A stretch of DNA of 64,000 bases from Lepidodermella squamata (taxonomy: Eukaryota > Animalia > Gastrotricha): positions 62,001 to 126,000 of the forward strand of contig JBLDXI010000105.1 in the NCBI GenBank assembly GCA_047495785.1. Reading direction: 5' to 3'. Positions 52,001-61,459 of the stretch are shown here, piece by piece (positions within the stretch are counted from its first letter, which is position 1; each line of letters begins with the position of its first letter). The notes below the pieces were generated by a model. It did no database searches and was not told the origin of the DNA. It saw only the letters and a list, made by a program, of their open reading frames with translations. The translations under genes were made by a program, and so were the position numbers.

Positions 52001-53994
52001 TCAGGGTTCAGAGTGACAGCGCCCGGTAAATTGGGTGTCACAATTTCCACCGAAGTTATCGTTCTATTCTCGCCCAAGCCAATCGTGACATAGGGGCGGC
52101 CTGAATTCGCTGGGCTCCCAGTAATCCTAGAGCAGTTCTGCTGGTGCTGTAGCCGAACATCTCGCTTCTGGGTGATCGCATTGGTTGCAGATAGCGTTGA
52201 ATCGAATGCCGAGTATGAAGTGCCTGCCCCGCTTGCTATGTTTCGCGAGTACACGGGTGTTGCTAGATAAAATTGATTAAATGTAACAATTAATTAAATA
52301 ACTTGAACGCGAACTCACTCTTGCATCCAAGCAACTCAAATCGGTAGCAATTAGTCGGTGAAAGAAATATTGGAATAATTTTGAAAAATTGGGCAATAAT
52401 AACGTTCAGGAACATGTTGACTACTACATTCTTCGCATCAGTATTGCCAGTAAATCCCAACGACCCCGAGGCATCTTGAAGCTGGAGCCAGTTGTCCATT
52501 GCCGTCGCCTTGTATTCATAGGCAAATGCAATTACCCATGAGTTCAGCCGAGCACATCCTTGAACGAGAACCGCCCTAATGAAGATCTGCTTTCTAAGGT
52601 CGATCGTCAAGCTGTTGTAGTTGTTAACAGCGGCCAACCCCCAATTCAGCCGGGAAAAGTAGCTTTGGGATATGTAATCTGTGGTTGTAATTTGGCCATC
52701 GGCAATGTCTCCATTTTCGATGCCAAGAGGATCCAAGCAATTTGCGGCGCAGCCGTATATACGAAACCGGGCACATCGATAGTAAATGCCCGTCCCGTTT
52801 TCGGCATAAATTACAGCACGGAAGTGACGCAGCATAACTGGCCGATAGAGCTCGAAAGTGACTATCTCGCCAATAGTACCATTAACCAGCTAAGAAATAG
52901 AATAGAAATAGAAACAAGAATTCGGAACACAAATAGCAACGCCTAAAGTTTGCGAGAGGTCAATTTGAGTGGGCGATGCAAACTGCTAACTAATGTTACA
53001 TCCACTTCGAGGTCTAAAATTGATTAAAGAATTGAGAAAGGGCTATGAATAATATTTTTTGCGGTAACATTTACAATCAACAATCGTGAAATGTCTACAA
53101 GTAATCGCAAAAAAATCAATTTAATTTGCACAATTTGTTGAATCATTATATTATTTACTGTGAATGGTGGGTACACATTGTTCATTGCCATATGAAGTAA
53201 AATGATGTGCATACCTGTAGAATTCCGCGTCCTGACATGAGTTGCAGATATTGACCGTCGTCTAAACTGTACTCAATCCGCATTGAGCTGATGCAGCTAG
53301 CGTCAGTGCAATGATACTCCATCTTGGTCAGCCAGGCATAGCGTTGCAGGTCGATTTTGAACCAAGATCCAATGGGTGGCGACATCGTTAGGCACGCGTG
53401 GCTCAAATGGCCCGATGTGATTCGAGCGTAGCATGACGGTTCTCTAGCCAGGGTGTACCCTGTCGCCGTCAGGTTGTTAACCGATGAAGACGAGTAGCCG
53501 AGGTCGCTGATGTAACTCGTGTCGTAGTCGAGTGTTTCCACTGCACGCGTCGGCGTGGGATCACTCGCATACTCTTTCCAGCAAGTTGGCCGGCTGACTT
53601 CACGCCTGATCGCATTGAAGTACCAACTCGTCACGCACTGATTGCTCGAACACTGCGCCGATTTCGCTAGTTGACTACGCCCAGTTAGTGTCATTGAAGT
53701 GAAGTCAGAGTTCACCACGAGTCTCGCGACACTCGACCCCTCCGGCGAGATGCTGTACAGCAGGCACGTATTTGTACTTTTTCGAAACTGCAGCGATTGG
53801 CACTGCGGATTGCTTGAACAAAACGCAGCGCATATCGATTCTTCCTGTGCTGATTTTGTAAGAATTGTGTGGCTATTTAGGTTAGGCAGGCCACTTGCCG
53901 TAGTCGGACTGATTACTTTATTTTCATAGCGTTGGAAATGCGATCCACACGCGACGGAAGAAGCGAGGAGTAGCAACGTAACCAAACGCTTCAT
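46050..53994 (-). CDS. Secreted mosaic protein: signal-PAN/apple-2x F5/8C-(F-lectin N half)-3x LamG/pentraxin-like-2x F5/8C-(F-lectin C half)-F-lectin, about 1744 aa
   Basis: Ten exons 53994-53215, 52889-52319, 52262-51722, 51670-51312, 51261-51141, 51085-50463, 49883-49275, 47787-47441, 47384-47246, 47194-46050 are all phase-compatible (5235 nt). Motifs: CAAFCSSNPQCQS..CLLY, PLGIENGDIADGQI..RFELLGC, GRIACMQFYKRGL, WLLVDLG..IRVG..C..GRYVSV. Confidence 0.85.
47824..48233. mobile_element. Palindromic MITE in an intron
   Basis: TIR CATAGAGAAAAAAATGACCAGAGTA with long internal inverted arms; 8-bp TSD GTTGCCAG. Confidence 0.88.
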
Positions 53995-55297
53995 CTCGAC
54001 AAAAAATGCGAAGAACTTGAGCGATGTAGTCGAAATGCGGCAGGCCACATAGCGATGATTGATTGAATCTAAAGGCGCTGGCTGAACGTGGTCATATCTC
54101 ATGTGATTACCCGGCGTATAGGTGGAATATGTATTCAGGAATTCGTAATTAGCCTGCTAAGGCGCAGTGGCGTTAGCAAATAAAAGGACTGGATCGAAAA
54201 CATTTTTGCAGTAGATCCGAGAGGCGCCAGGTCTGATTTTGTCCAAAAAGCACATGCGAATAGTTTGACAGACAATCAGGCTGAATTTAATCTACTCACC
54301 AGGCACGAGTTGTTGCCGTTGGTGCGATGGTAAATTGTTAAATTGTTTATCAAACATTTTTCCAATTTTATTGATCGAAGGCAATTCATTTAGATGGAAA
54401 ATTCACAGAATAATTACCTATACTATTAATTTCTTATTAAAACTTTTTTATCGTTCGAGAGATACTCGCTGGTTCAGAAGTTTCAGGAAAAAGATTGCTT
54501 CAGCTCAGTTTCTTATTTTCGATCAGAAGTAAACCAGCCGCTAAAACTGCTTGACTTTGTAATTCAGCCAGGCCAGACCACAGCAACATCAGCCAAAGTG
54601 CAAATTCCGTCCGCTGTCGACTGCGAGTGGCTTCTTCTGACGCGAGAGTGGAATCTCGTCTCTCGAATGTATCGCCGTGTTGCTACGGCCTAAACCTAAA
54701 GCACTTGCCTCATCATGTCATTTTCAACTCCGTACTCCGCGAAATGGCGCGTCTTATTTCTTCTGCTGCTGCGATAGATTGAACTAAAACAAGGGCCTCA
54801 ACGCCTAATCACAAATGCATTGTCAAAGAGAGATAATAATGTCGAAATGTCATCAGTTATTGCTACCTCTGGATGAAGGTACCTAGGGGTGTGATTTTTT
54901 GCCGTGTTGCTATGTACGCTGTAAACTGTAAATATGTTGTCAGAGTTCATCTATATCGAATAAATGACTCGAAAAAATCTATACGTTTTACCCAAAATTT
55001 TGCACAGATAATGACACAAAATTCTCTTGTTTAGCAGCTCGGAAGTTTTATGTCAGTTTCCAGCCCTGCAGCACAAGGAAAGAAAAGTCTGAAGATGACT
55101 CATGTTTTAATAAAACTGCCCTTGTCCAGGCGCTAAACTAAGAATCTATGACAATTTTTTGAATACATAACTGGAAATTGTTCTGAATTTTATTCGGGCG
55201 ATCCTGAATCCCACGGTTTCATAGGCTAGGCCAAATTTGTCTGAGAGGCAAGCCAGAGAAGACACAGTGTAAGCAGATGTTGTTACACTTTAAATTT

Positions 55298-56918
55298 TCA
55301 CAGTTTGAAAGCCAATCTCACGACAGCTGATTCTGCTTCGACCTGACGCCGATGCGCAATGGCTGCACCGCTCTCGTTGAGCTTATCAGCAGCATCGCTC
55401 GCTAGTTTCTCAATCGTTTGAACACGGCCCCATGCTTGCTTAGGGTCGTCTTGGAAACGCCGCGAGCACACCAAAGAGAAAGCGTTGTCAATGCGTCGCT
55501 TAACATTATCCATTCGAGGACTCCTCCTGTCATCGAATCCTAAAGAGCAAAATGATCCTTTAATTGGCACAGGAACACAAAGCCCAATCCCCACTCCTCT
55601 GATATCCTGAGTTTAAGAGGTCATTTGGCCATAAGAGCCAAAGTGAACTAAAACATCCTGCATTAGAATCGCCTTGAATTTCAATTCTGGGAAATAACCA
55701 GTTTCTCGTTTTTTTCATCACCTCGTACCTTTCACGAATAGCCGAAACATGAAAAGGGCGATCTCCAGCATGGATGGATCCCATTTGCCGACTTCAATTG
55801 CAAGCTTTTGCTCAGCCTCAACAGCGCACTGAAAGCAGATTTATTTAAAACAAAATATGGTCATATTAACCGCCTCACCCGCATTTCTGGATTCAAGGCT
55901 AGAAAATAAGGCAGTACTTCTTGGCCAACCAAAATACTTCCACTTGTTGCTGGAAGTGCAGAGTAAGCAAGCGTGACGAGTTGCCACCCTTTCCGCATCA
56001 TTTCGAAAGCTTCTTTATCGGGAATCTCAAAGGAGGCTGATGAAATTACATACAGACTCAAAATGGGTGTACATATGAAACTAGCGTGAAATGTGAAATA
56101 GCTTCAACTATTCACTCTAAAAATGAGAATAGTATTTACCCTGCATAAGTTTCGTGAACTCGAAGCCCAATCGCAAGATCTCTGAGAGGTTCTCATGCAT
56201 CAAGCCGAACATACATCGGGGGTCCGCAAACGCACTTTTTTCGATTGGCCTCCTCAGCGGCAGCTTCAATTCAAGAAATGGCAAACAACCGTTAAATTGG
56301 TGCGGTCCATTACAATCTATAAACTCACGAATTCCAGATCATGCAATTGTGTTTGGGCGACAATCGCCAGTCTGAGCACGTTTTCAACATCCTCTCCGTT
56401 GTAAATTGTTGGATTTTCAATGATAGAAGAATCCGGCGAGTCGTCGACTGCAATCGCATTTGTATCGGGGGAAAACGGGCCATCAAATTCTATCTTAGCC
56501 AGGTATTTGCCTGAAATGGAAAGAAAGTCATCAAAGATTGCTGGAAACCATAATCCAAGCAACAAGCAATCAAAAAATCAAGCAAGACTAATAACAAATT
56601 ATTACCACCAGAAAAAATAATGTTTACAAGATTCGGCAGTAGGCACCTAAGAAAAACGGGAAACTTATTCGGCTTACTTTTCATGCCTGCCTTCAAACAA
56701 GCTTGGAAGCGACACTTTGAGCAGTCGAAGCGTAGCGAGTAAATTCGGGTCTGCTTGCCATTTTCGCCGTGGTTGTGAGTCATGCTGCGCCATCTCTCGC
56801 AGTTTCGTCTGAAGAACTTCTGACAAGCCGAACACGCTCGGGGCTGATAATCCGTTCGAGGTGGCACTATCAACCCGCAAACTTTACACCTCGGCAGCGG
56901 CTGTTTTGATACATGCAT
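55298..56918 (-). CDS. R11: divergent nuclear receptor, Q-type (CSACQK), HNH variant, 348 aa
   Basis: Exons 56918-56678, 56510-56329, 56263-56140, 56036-55879, 55828-55729, 55539-55298 are in frame. LBD is closest to R10. Confidence 0.88.
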
Positions 56919-58245
56919 TTTTCGGAAAATTGTTGATATGGGATTCACGCTTAATTCACGAATAACTGTGTCATACTTGTCAACTGTGTCAACTGTGAGA
57001 GCAACATCAGGCTGAAAGCGTCAGGGCTGAAAATCGATAAATAAGAGCTGTCATTTGAGATTTGAACTGTGACGCTGCGCCCAGTGAACTAGATATGTAG
57101 GCCGATCGATATTTCCAATTACAAGTAAAATTCGTTCACCACGTGTGCTCAAAGTTGAAACCGAAAGATTACTAGAAGCAACGCATTTTTCTGGAAATTT
57201 AAATTGCAGAATTAAATTATGACTGCATGGAAAGCTTGAGGGTACCGTTTACTAACTGAACACGAGATCAACAATGAGCTGTCCGTGATGTTAAGATAAT
57301 CTGCGATCACGTTAATCACGTGTAACCCTGGACATTTCGTGCGTGACTGTGAGGTTTTTTGTTCAATAATAATTGTCGAAACCAGATTAGGACGTCCGGT
57401 TTAGAGCAAGAAAATTTGGTCTAAACGAACGCGCTTGGAATAGGAGATCTACTTGTACTTTTTTATGACATCCAGCCAATTTAATTTGGCATTTCACCCT
57501 GTTGAACAAAAAGCATTGCTTGAAAACAAGATTGAAACATTCAAATACGAAAATACGGCCTCTCCTAAAATGATGTGTGAGGGAAATTACATGTCACATA
57601 TATTTCAGTATTAGCAATTTTAATCTTTTCACAACAAAACCCATCCTTACGTCAGGAGGCTGAAACCACTGGGATGGGAACTTTGTTAAACTCTCTTGCC
57701 AATATGCTGTGGACTTTGTTCGAACTGGGAAGTAAGGAAAAACAACTAAAGGTAGACTTCCTTCCGGATTGCAGTGTCATGCCTCATCCTGGAGAGGCGT
57801 CACAGCGTGGAGCGTGTAGTGCGGATTTCCTAATGCACACATCCGAAATGTAAAAAATGTATGTTGAGGGTTCAACAACTGAGAATCATGTTTCCTTTCC
57901 GTTCATTGCGCAGATTAGAAGATCAGATTGAGCGATTGCCGTTGGAGGATTTGAGAAATTGTAGGCGCTTACTAGAATTTCAAATTCACTGGCATTCATT
58001 CGCGACGGAGAGTCTCAGCAGGTTCTTGTTCTAGCGGAGCCTCTGTTCTTGGTTGAGAGCCTATTTCGGAAAAAGGCGTGTCGAATTAAAAGTATTTCCG
58101 GGGCTGTGAAAGCTTGGTTGATCGCAGACAGAAATCCTCCAGCCGTAATTCCTGTTTAAATTGTTCAGCTAATGCATTGCGGGGGTATAAAAGCTTAGAA
58201 ACACAGATTCTGCACTGCATCTCTCTTTTGAGACAAGCAATAAGA

Positions 58246-60552
58246 ATGAACAACATCTTACTGATTTTTTCTCTGGTGCACATTGGCATGGCTCAACAAC
58301 CAAACAACTTGCTGATACTGACCCAACTGCCGCCAATTCAGCGGTGCAATTTCGCGATAGGCCAGGTCGAAGAAACCGTCAACGAACGCACCTTGCTGCC
58401 TGGCTATCGCGTCAAATTTGTGATCAAGGACGAGGTGATGTTCAGTGCTAACGCCGCTATGGAGGGTGTTAAATTCGTGGATGAAAACTTGCTATCAAGC
58501 GAAAACTTCATATCCCCAATTACTGTTGGCACAATCGCAGCTGCTGGCTGCAGAGCTTGGGGCTCCATTGCCAATTACATGAACATGGTGATGATCGCGG
58601 CGGCGTGCACTGCGCCAAGCCTCATAGCTAGGCGGGATCTCTACCCCAACATGTACCGCGTTCGAGGTCCGGCTGATCTCGGCCTGATCGCACGTCTCCA
58701 TTTCATCACGCAATTCACGCCTTGGAACAAGCTGGCAATCATCGCAGAGATAGGAAATCCACATTCGGTTCAAACAGCTAGCTTCTTTCATGAAGTTGCA
58801 ACGAAAGCTGGTATCAAAGTCCAGCACTTCGAGGCGTATCACGAACTTACTGACGAGCTTCTGCAACTTATGTTGAAAAGCGACGTCAGAATCTTCGCGC
58901 TTGACATCGCGTCGTCTGCTGAAGTAACAATAGGTTTCCTATGCCAAGCCTACAAAAACGGGATAACTGGGCGTCGGTTCATGTTTTTCATCCAAGCGAT
59001 CGTATTTTTGGATCCCTCGCCTACACAAGTTTTTCCCCGCGGCTGCACTAGGGATCATTACCTCGAGCAATTGAAATCGCTCGTGATTATCGGCTCGATC
59101 GACGCTGCTCCTATTGTATCGTCCAGATTCGACGAATTGGGAAACACGCAAGTTGCATTTGAGAAGGTCCTAGCAGAACGGGGCCAAAATCTGTCAAGAA
59201 GTGGTGAGTTGTTTCGAGGTTCTTGCTACGACGCGGCTCTTCTGGCTGTGGTCGCGCTCAATGAAACCGAGAAGAAGCTTTCTGCATTAAACATGAGTCT
59301 CAAAGATTACCGAGCGCAACCGCAGCTTGTTATGAAGATTGCGAATCAATCTGTCAGCTCGATCAGATACGAAAGCTTGAGATACGCCAACTTTCGCTAC
59401 TCGAACCGCCTCGAGTGGGACTACGAGCCTCAAGTTGTCATGACGTGGGAGCAGGGCAAAGGCCTCGTCGTTCGCTACGTCGGAAATTTGATGCCGAATG
59501 CAACGAATTTGAAGACGACTAACATTTTTACGTTCACAACTATTCAACCCATGACAGTGCTGCCTCACGACTCGCCTGCTGTTGTCATCCAGGAAGAAGG
59601 TGTGCCATTGCCGGTTTACGTTATCCTTGCCATTGTTGCAACGGGTTTGTTCATATATCAAGCTGTATTCGTTGCCAAGAAATACGTTTTCGACAAAACG
59701 ATACGGAAACGCATGGTGAAGAACTTACTCTCCTTGACGAGCTATTTCCTGTTTTCGCTGTCTGTTCTGTTGATAGCTACGCCGTTCAACTTGCGTTCAA
59801 ATATTGTTTGTCGATCAGCTACAGTTGCACTTGCTATAGGTGTTTCAATGTTTTTGAGCGGCTTAGTGATTAGTGTCATCAGTTACTTCAACGTTGTGGC
59901 GGCACAGCACCCCAAATATAGAGACAAGAGGCCAAAGTCGAGGCTACAACGCACGAAAACAGCCGGCACGACCTGTTTCACTGATGTATCTGTCAAGTCC
60001 GAGCAAATCGATTTGATTGACGTTGAAGTTGGGTCGAAACGTTTGGCGGCATTGACGCTGCTCGCAACAGCGATCAGTCTCGCCGTGGTCTTAGCCTGGC
60101 TGATAGCAGACCCTGTTGTAGCAATTTCAGCCGAAGATTCTGCTGCTCAGTATAACGAAATCGATGACTCTTACTTGATAACTCGCGAGAAGATTTGCCG
60201 GTCGAACTGGGCAATGGCTTGGATAGGATTCCTAGCCAGCTTCAACTTCGCCTTGATTCTCATTGGCTTGATTTTTGTCTTGAAATTTCAACCAATGATG
60301 CGACAATTGAAAATGTACCCCGCTATAAAAGCGGCAAATGTTTCGATGGGCGTTGCAGCAACACTGTACGGCGCGTCGGTGGCCATTGGCTATCTGATGG
60401 CGCCCAGTTTTCAATACGACATACTGTTGTCGGTTTTCCTGATTGCCGGTTCGGCTTCGAGCAGTTTTCTGCAGCGAATGGGTGAAACTGAAAATAATCG
60501 GAATGAAGTTGACCCAAAAGCAACTCGTAGCAACAATTTGAGCAACATATAA
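58246..60552 (+). CDS. Intronless class C GPCR, GABA-B-receptor-like (Venus flytrap + 7TM), 768 aa
   Basis: Signal peptide; SLIARRDLYPNMYRV, WNKLAII, KSDVRIF, FLCQAYKNGITG, YDAA; no Cys-rich domain; seven hydrophobic segments including WLIADP..C..W. Confidence 0.85.
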   Translation: MNNILLIFSLVHIGMAQQPNNLLILTQLPPIQRCNFAIGQVEETVNERTLLPGYRVKFVIKDEVMFSANAAMEGVKFVDENLLSSENFISPITVGTIAAAGCRAWGSIANYMNMVMIAAACTAPSLIARRDLYPNMYRVRGPADLGLIARLHFITQFTPWNKLAIIAEIGNPHSVQTASFFHEVATKAGIKVQHFEAYHELTDELLQLMLKSDVRIFALDIASSAEVTIGFLCQAYKNGITGRRFMFFIQAIVFLDPSPTQVFPRGCTRDHYLEQLKSLVIIGSIDAAPIVSSRFDELGNTQVAFEKVLAERGQNLSRSGELFRGSCYDAALLAVVALNETEKKLSALNMSLKDYRAQPQLVMKIANQSVSSIRYESLRYANFRYSNRLEWDYEPQVVMTWEQGKGLVVRYVGNLMPNATNLKTTNIFTFTTIQPMTVLPHDSPAVVIQEEGVPLPVYVILAIVATGLFIYQAVFVAKKYVFDKTIRKRMVKNLLSLTSYFLFSLSVLLIATPFNLRSNIVCRSATVALAIGVSMFLSGLVISVISYFNVVAAQHPKYRDKRPKSRLQRTKTAGTTCFTDVSVKSEQIDLIDVEVGSKRLAALTLLATAISLAVVLAWLIADPVVAISAEDSAAQYNEIDDSYLITREKICRSNWAMAWIGFLASFNFALILIGLIFVLKFQPMMRQLKMYPAIKAANVSMGVAATLYGASVAIGYLMAPSFQYDILLSVFLIAGSASSSFLQRMGETENNRNEVDPKATRSNNLSNI

Positions 60553-60812
60553 CACTTCTTACATGCCACGAGTGAATATCAGTCAATGAATCATTTTTGA
60601 TTTTTGAACGACAAATCACTGATTATCGATTATCGACTTTGAAATCTAGCAACTTTTCTCACCTGACTTCGTAGAATTCATAATATTCGAAAGTTTCAAA
60701 AGAAATTCAATTTATTGATTCTTGTTGTTGATGTTCCTGAATGATGAATTCGAAGTAGAACCATCTCATTTCAATCAGTCACGATGGGACGGGATTCATT
60801 GAGTCTCCACAG

Positions 60813-60936
60813 CACAGACCGGCACGAAATAAGCTGAAATAAGCTGGCAAATGATTTAAGTGGATTTCAGCTTAGAGTTTTTCCAACTTATGAAATCGGT
60901 TCCAGCACATTTCAGCTTATTTCGTGCCGGTCTGTG
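60813..60936. mobile_element. Short CAC-ended MITE
   Basis: TIR CACAGACCGGCACGAAATAAGCTGAAAT; possible 2-bp TSD AG. Confidence 0.75.
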
Positions 60937-60985
60937 AGTCAACCCGCAAAAGTAGAAAAACCATCAAGTCCCTTGGAATTCGAGG

Positions 60986-61342
60986 TTGGAACAGGATTTA
61001 TGTCACAATCAAAACAGCAAAACAGCCGAATCCATCGACTCACCTCAAGTCGTTGACAGAAAGGTTCAAACGAAGTCACTTTTTCATTTTCAAACCATAT
61101 CTACGTCAACCGTTAAAGAGTGTTTGAACAAATTGTCACCACGCAAGCCTACGACGGGTTCAGACGGAATACCTGAGTGTGTTCTCAAGGTGGCAGCCGA
61201 TTTCCTAGCGCCACATTTAGCTTTAATTTACAATAAAGTCTTGCTAGAACGCCAGATTCCAGCCGCCTGGAAATTAGCTACAACAACGCCTTTGTTCAAA
61301 AAAGGTTCGAAAGACCTTGTCGGGAACTATCGTCCTGTCGTC
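60986..61342 (+). mobile_element. LINE reverse-transcriptase N-terminal fragment (CR1/L2/Jockey-like)
   Basis: FHFQTIS..V..LNKL..GSDGIP..LK..APHLALIYN..IPAAWKLA..PLFKKG..NYRPV. Confidence 0.85.
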
Positions 61343-61459
61343 AAATTTGAAATGGATGGCTTCGTGCTGAAAACCTCGCTCGGAAACTTTGTCTATTCAT
61401 TTGAAGAACAAAATATGGTCGAAATGGCTGACTAGGGTCCAGCAGATCTTACTACGGCC

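Noticed and set aside
1140-56918. Assignment as nematode supplementary nhr genes or a named NR orthologue
   Set aside because: The P-box is not CRACAA-type, the acceptors lack the TTTCAG consensus, and no orthology can be supported without a phylogeny.
58114-58245. N-terminal extensions from TTG/GTG or upstream starts (also 34558, 54102, 56948)
   Set aside because: The downstream ATGs give signal peptides or match the paralogue start positions.
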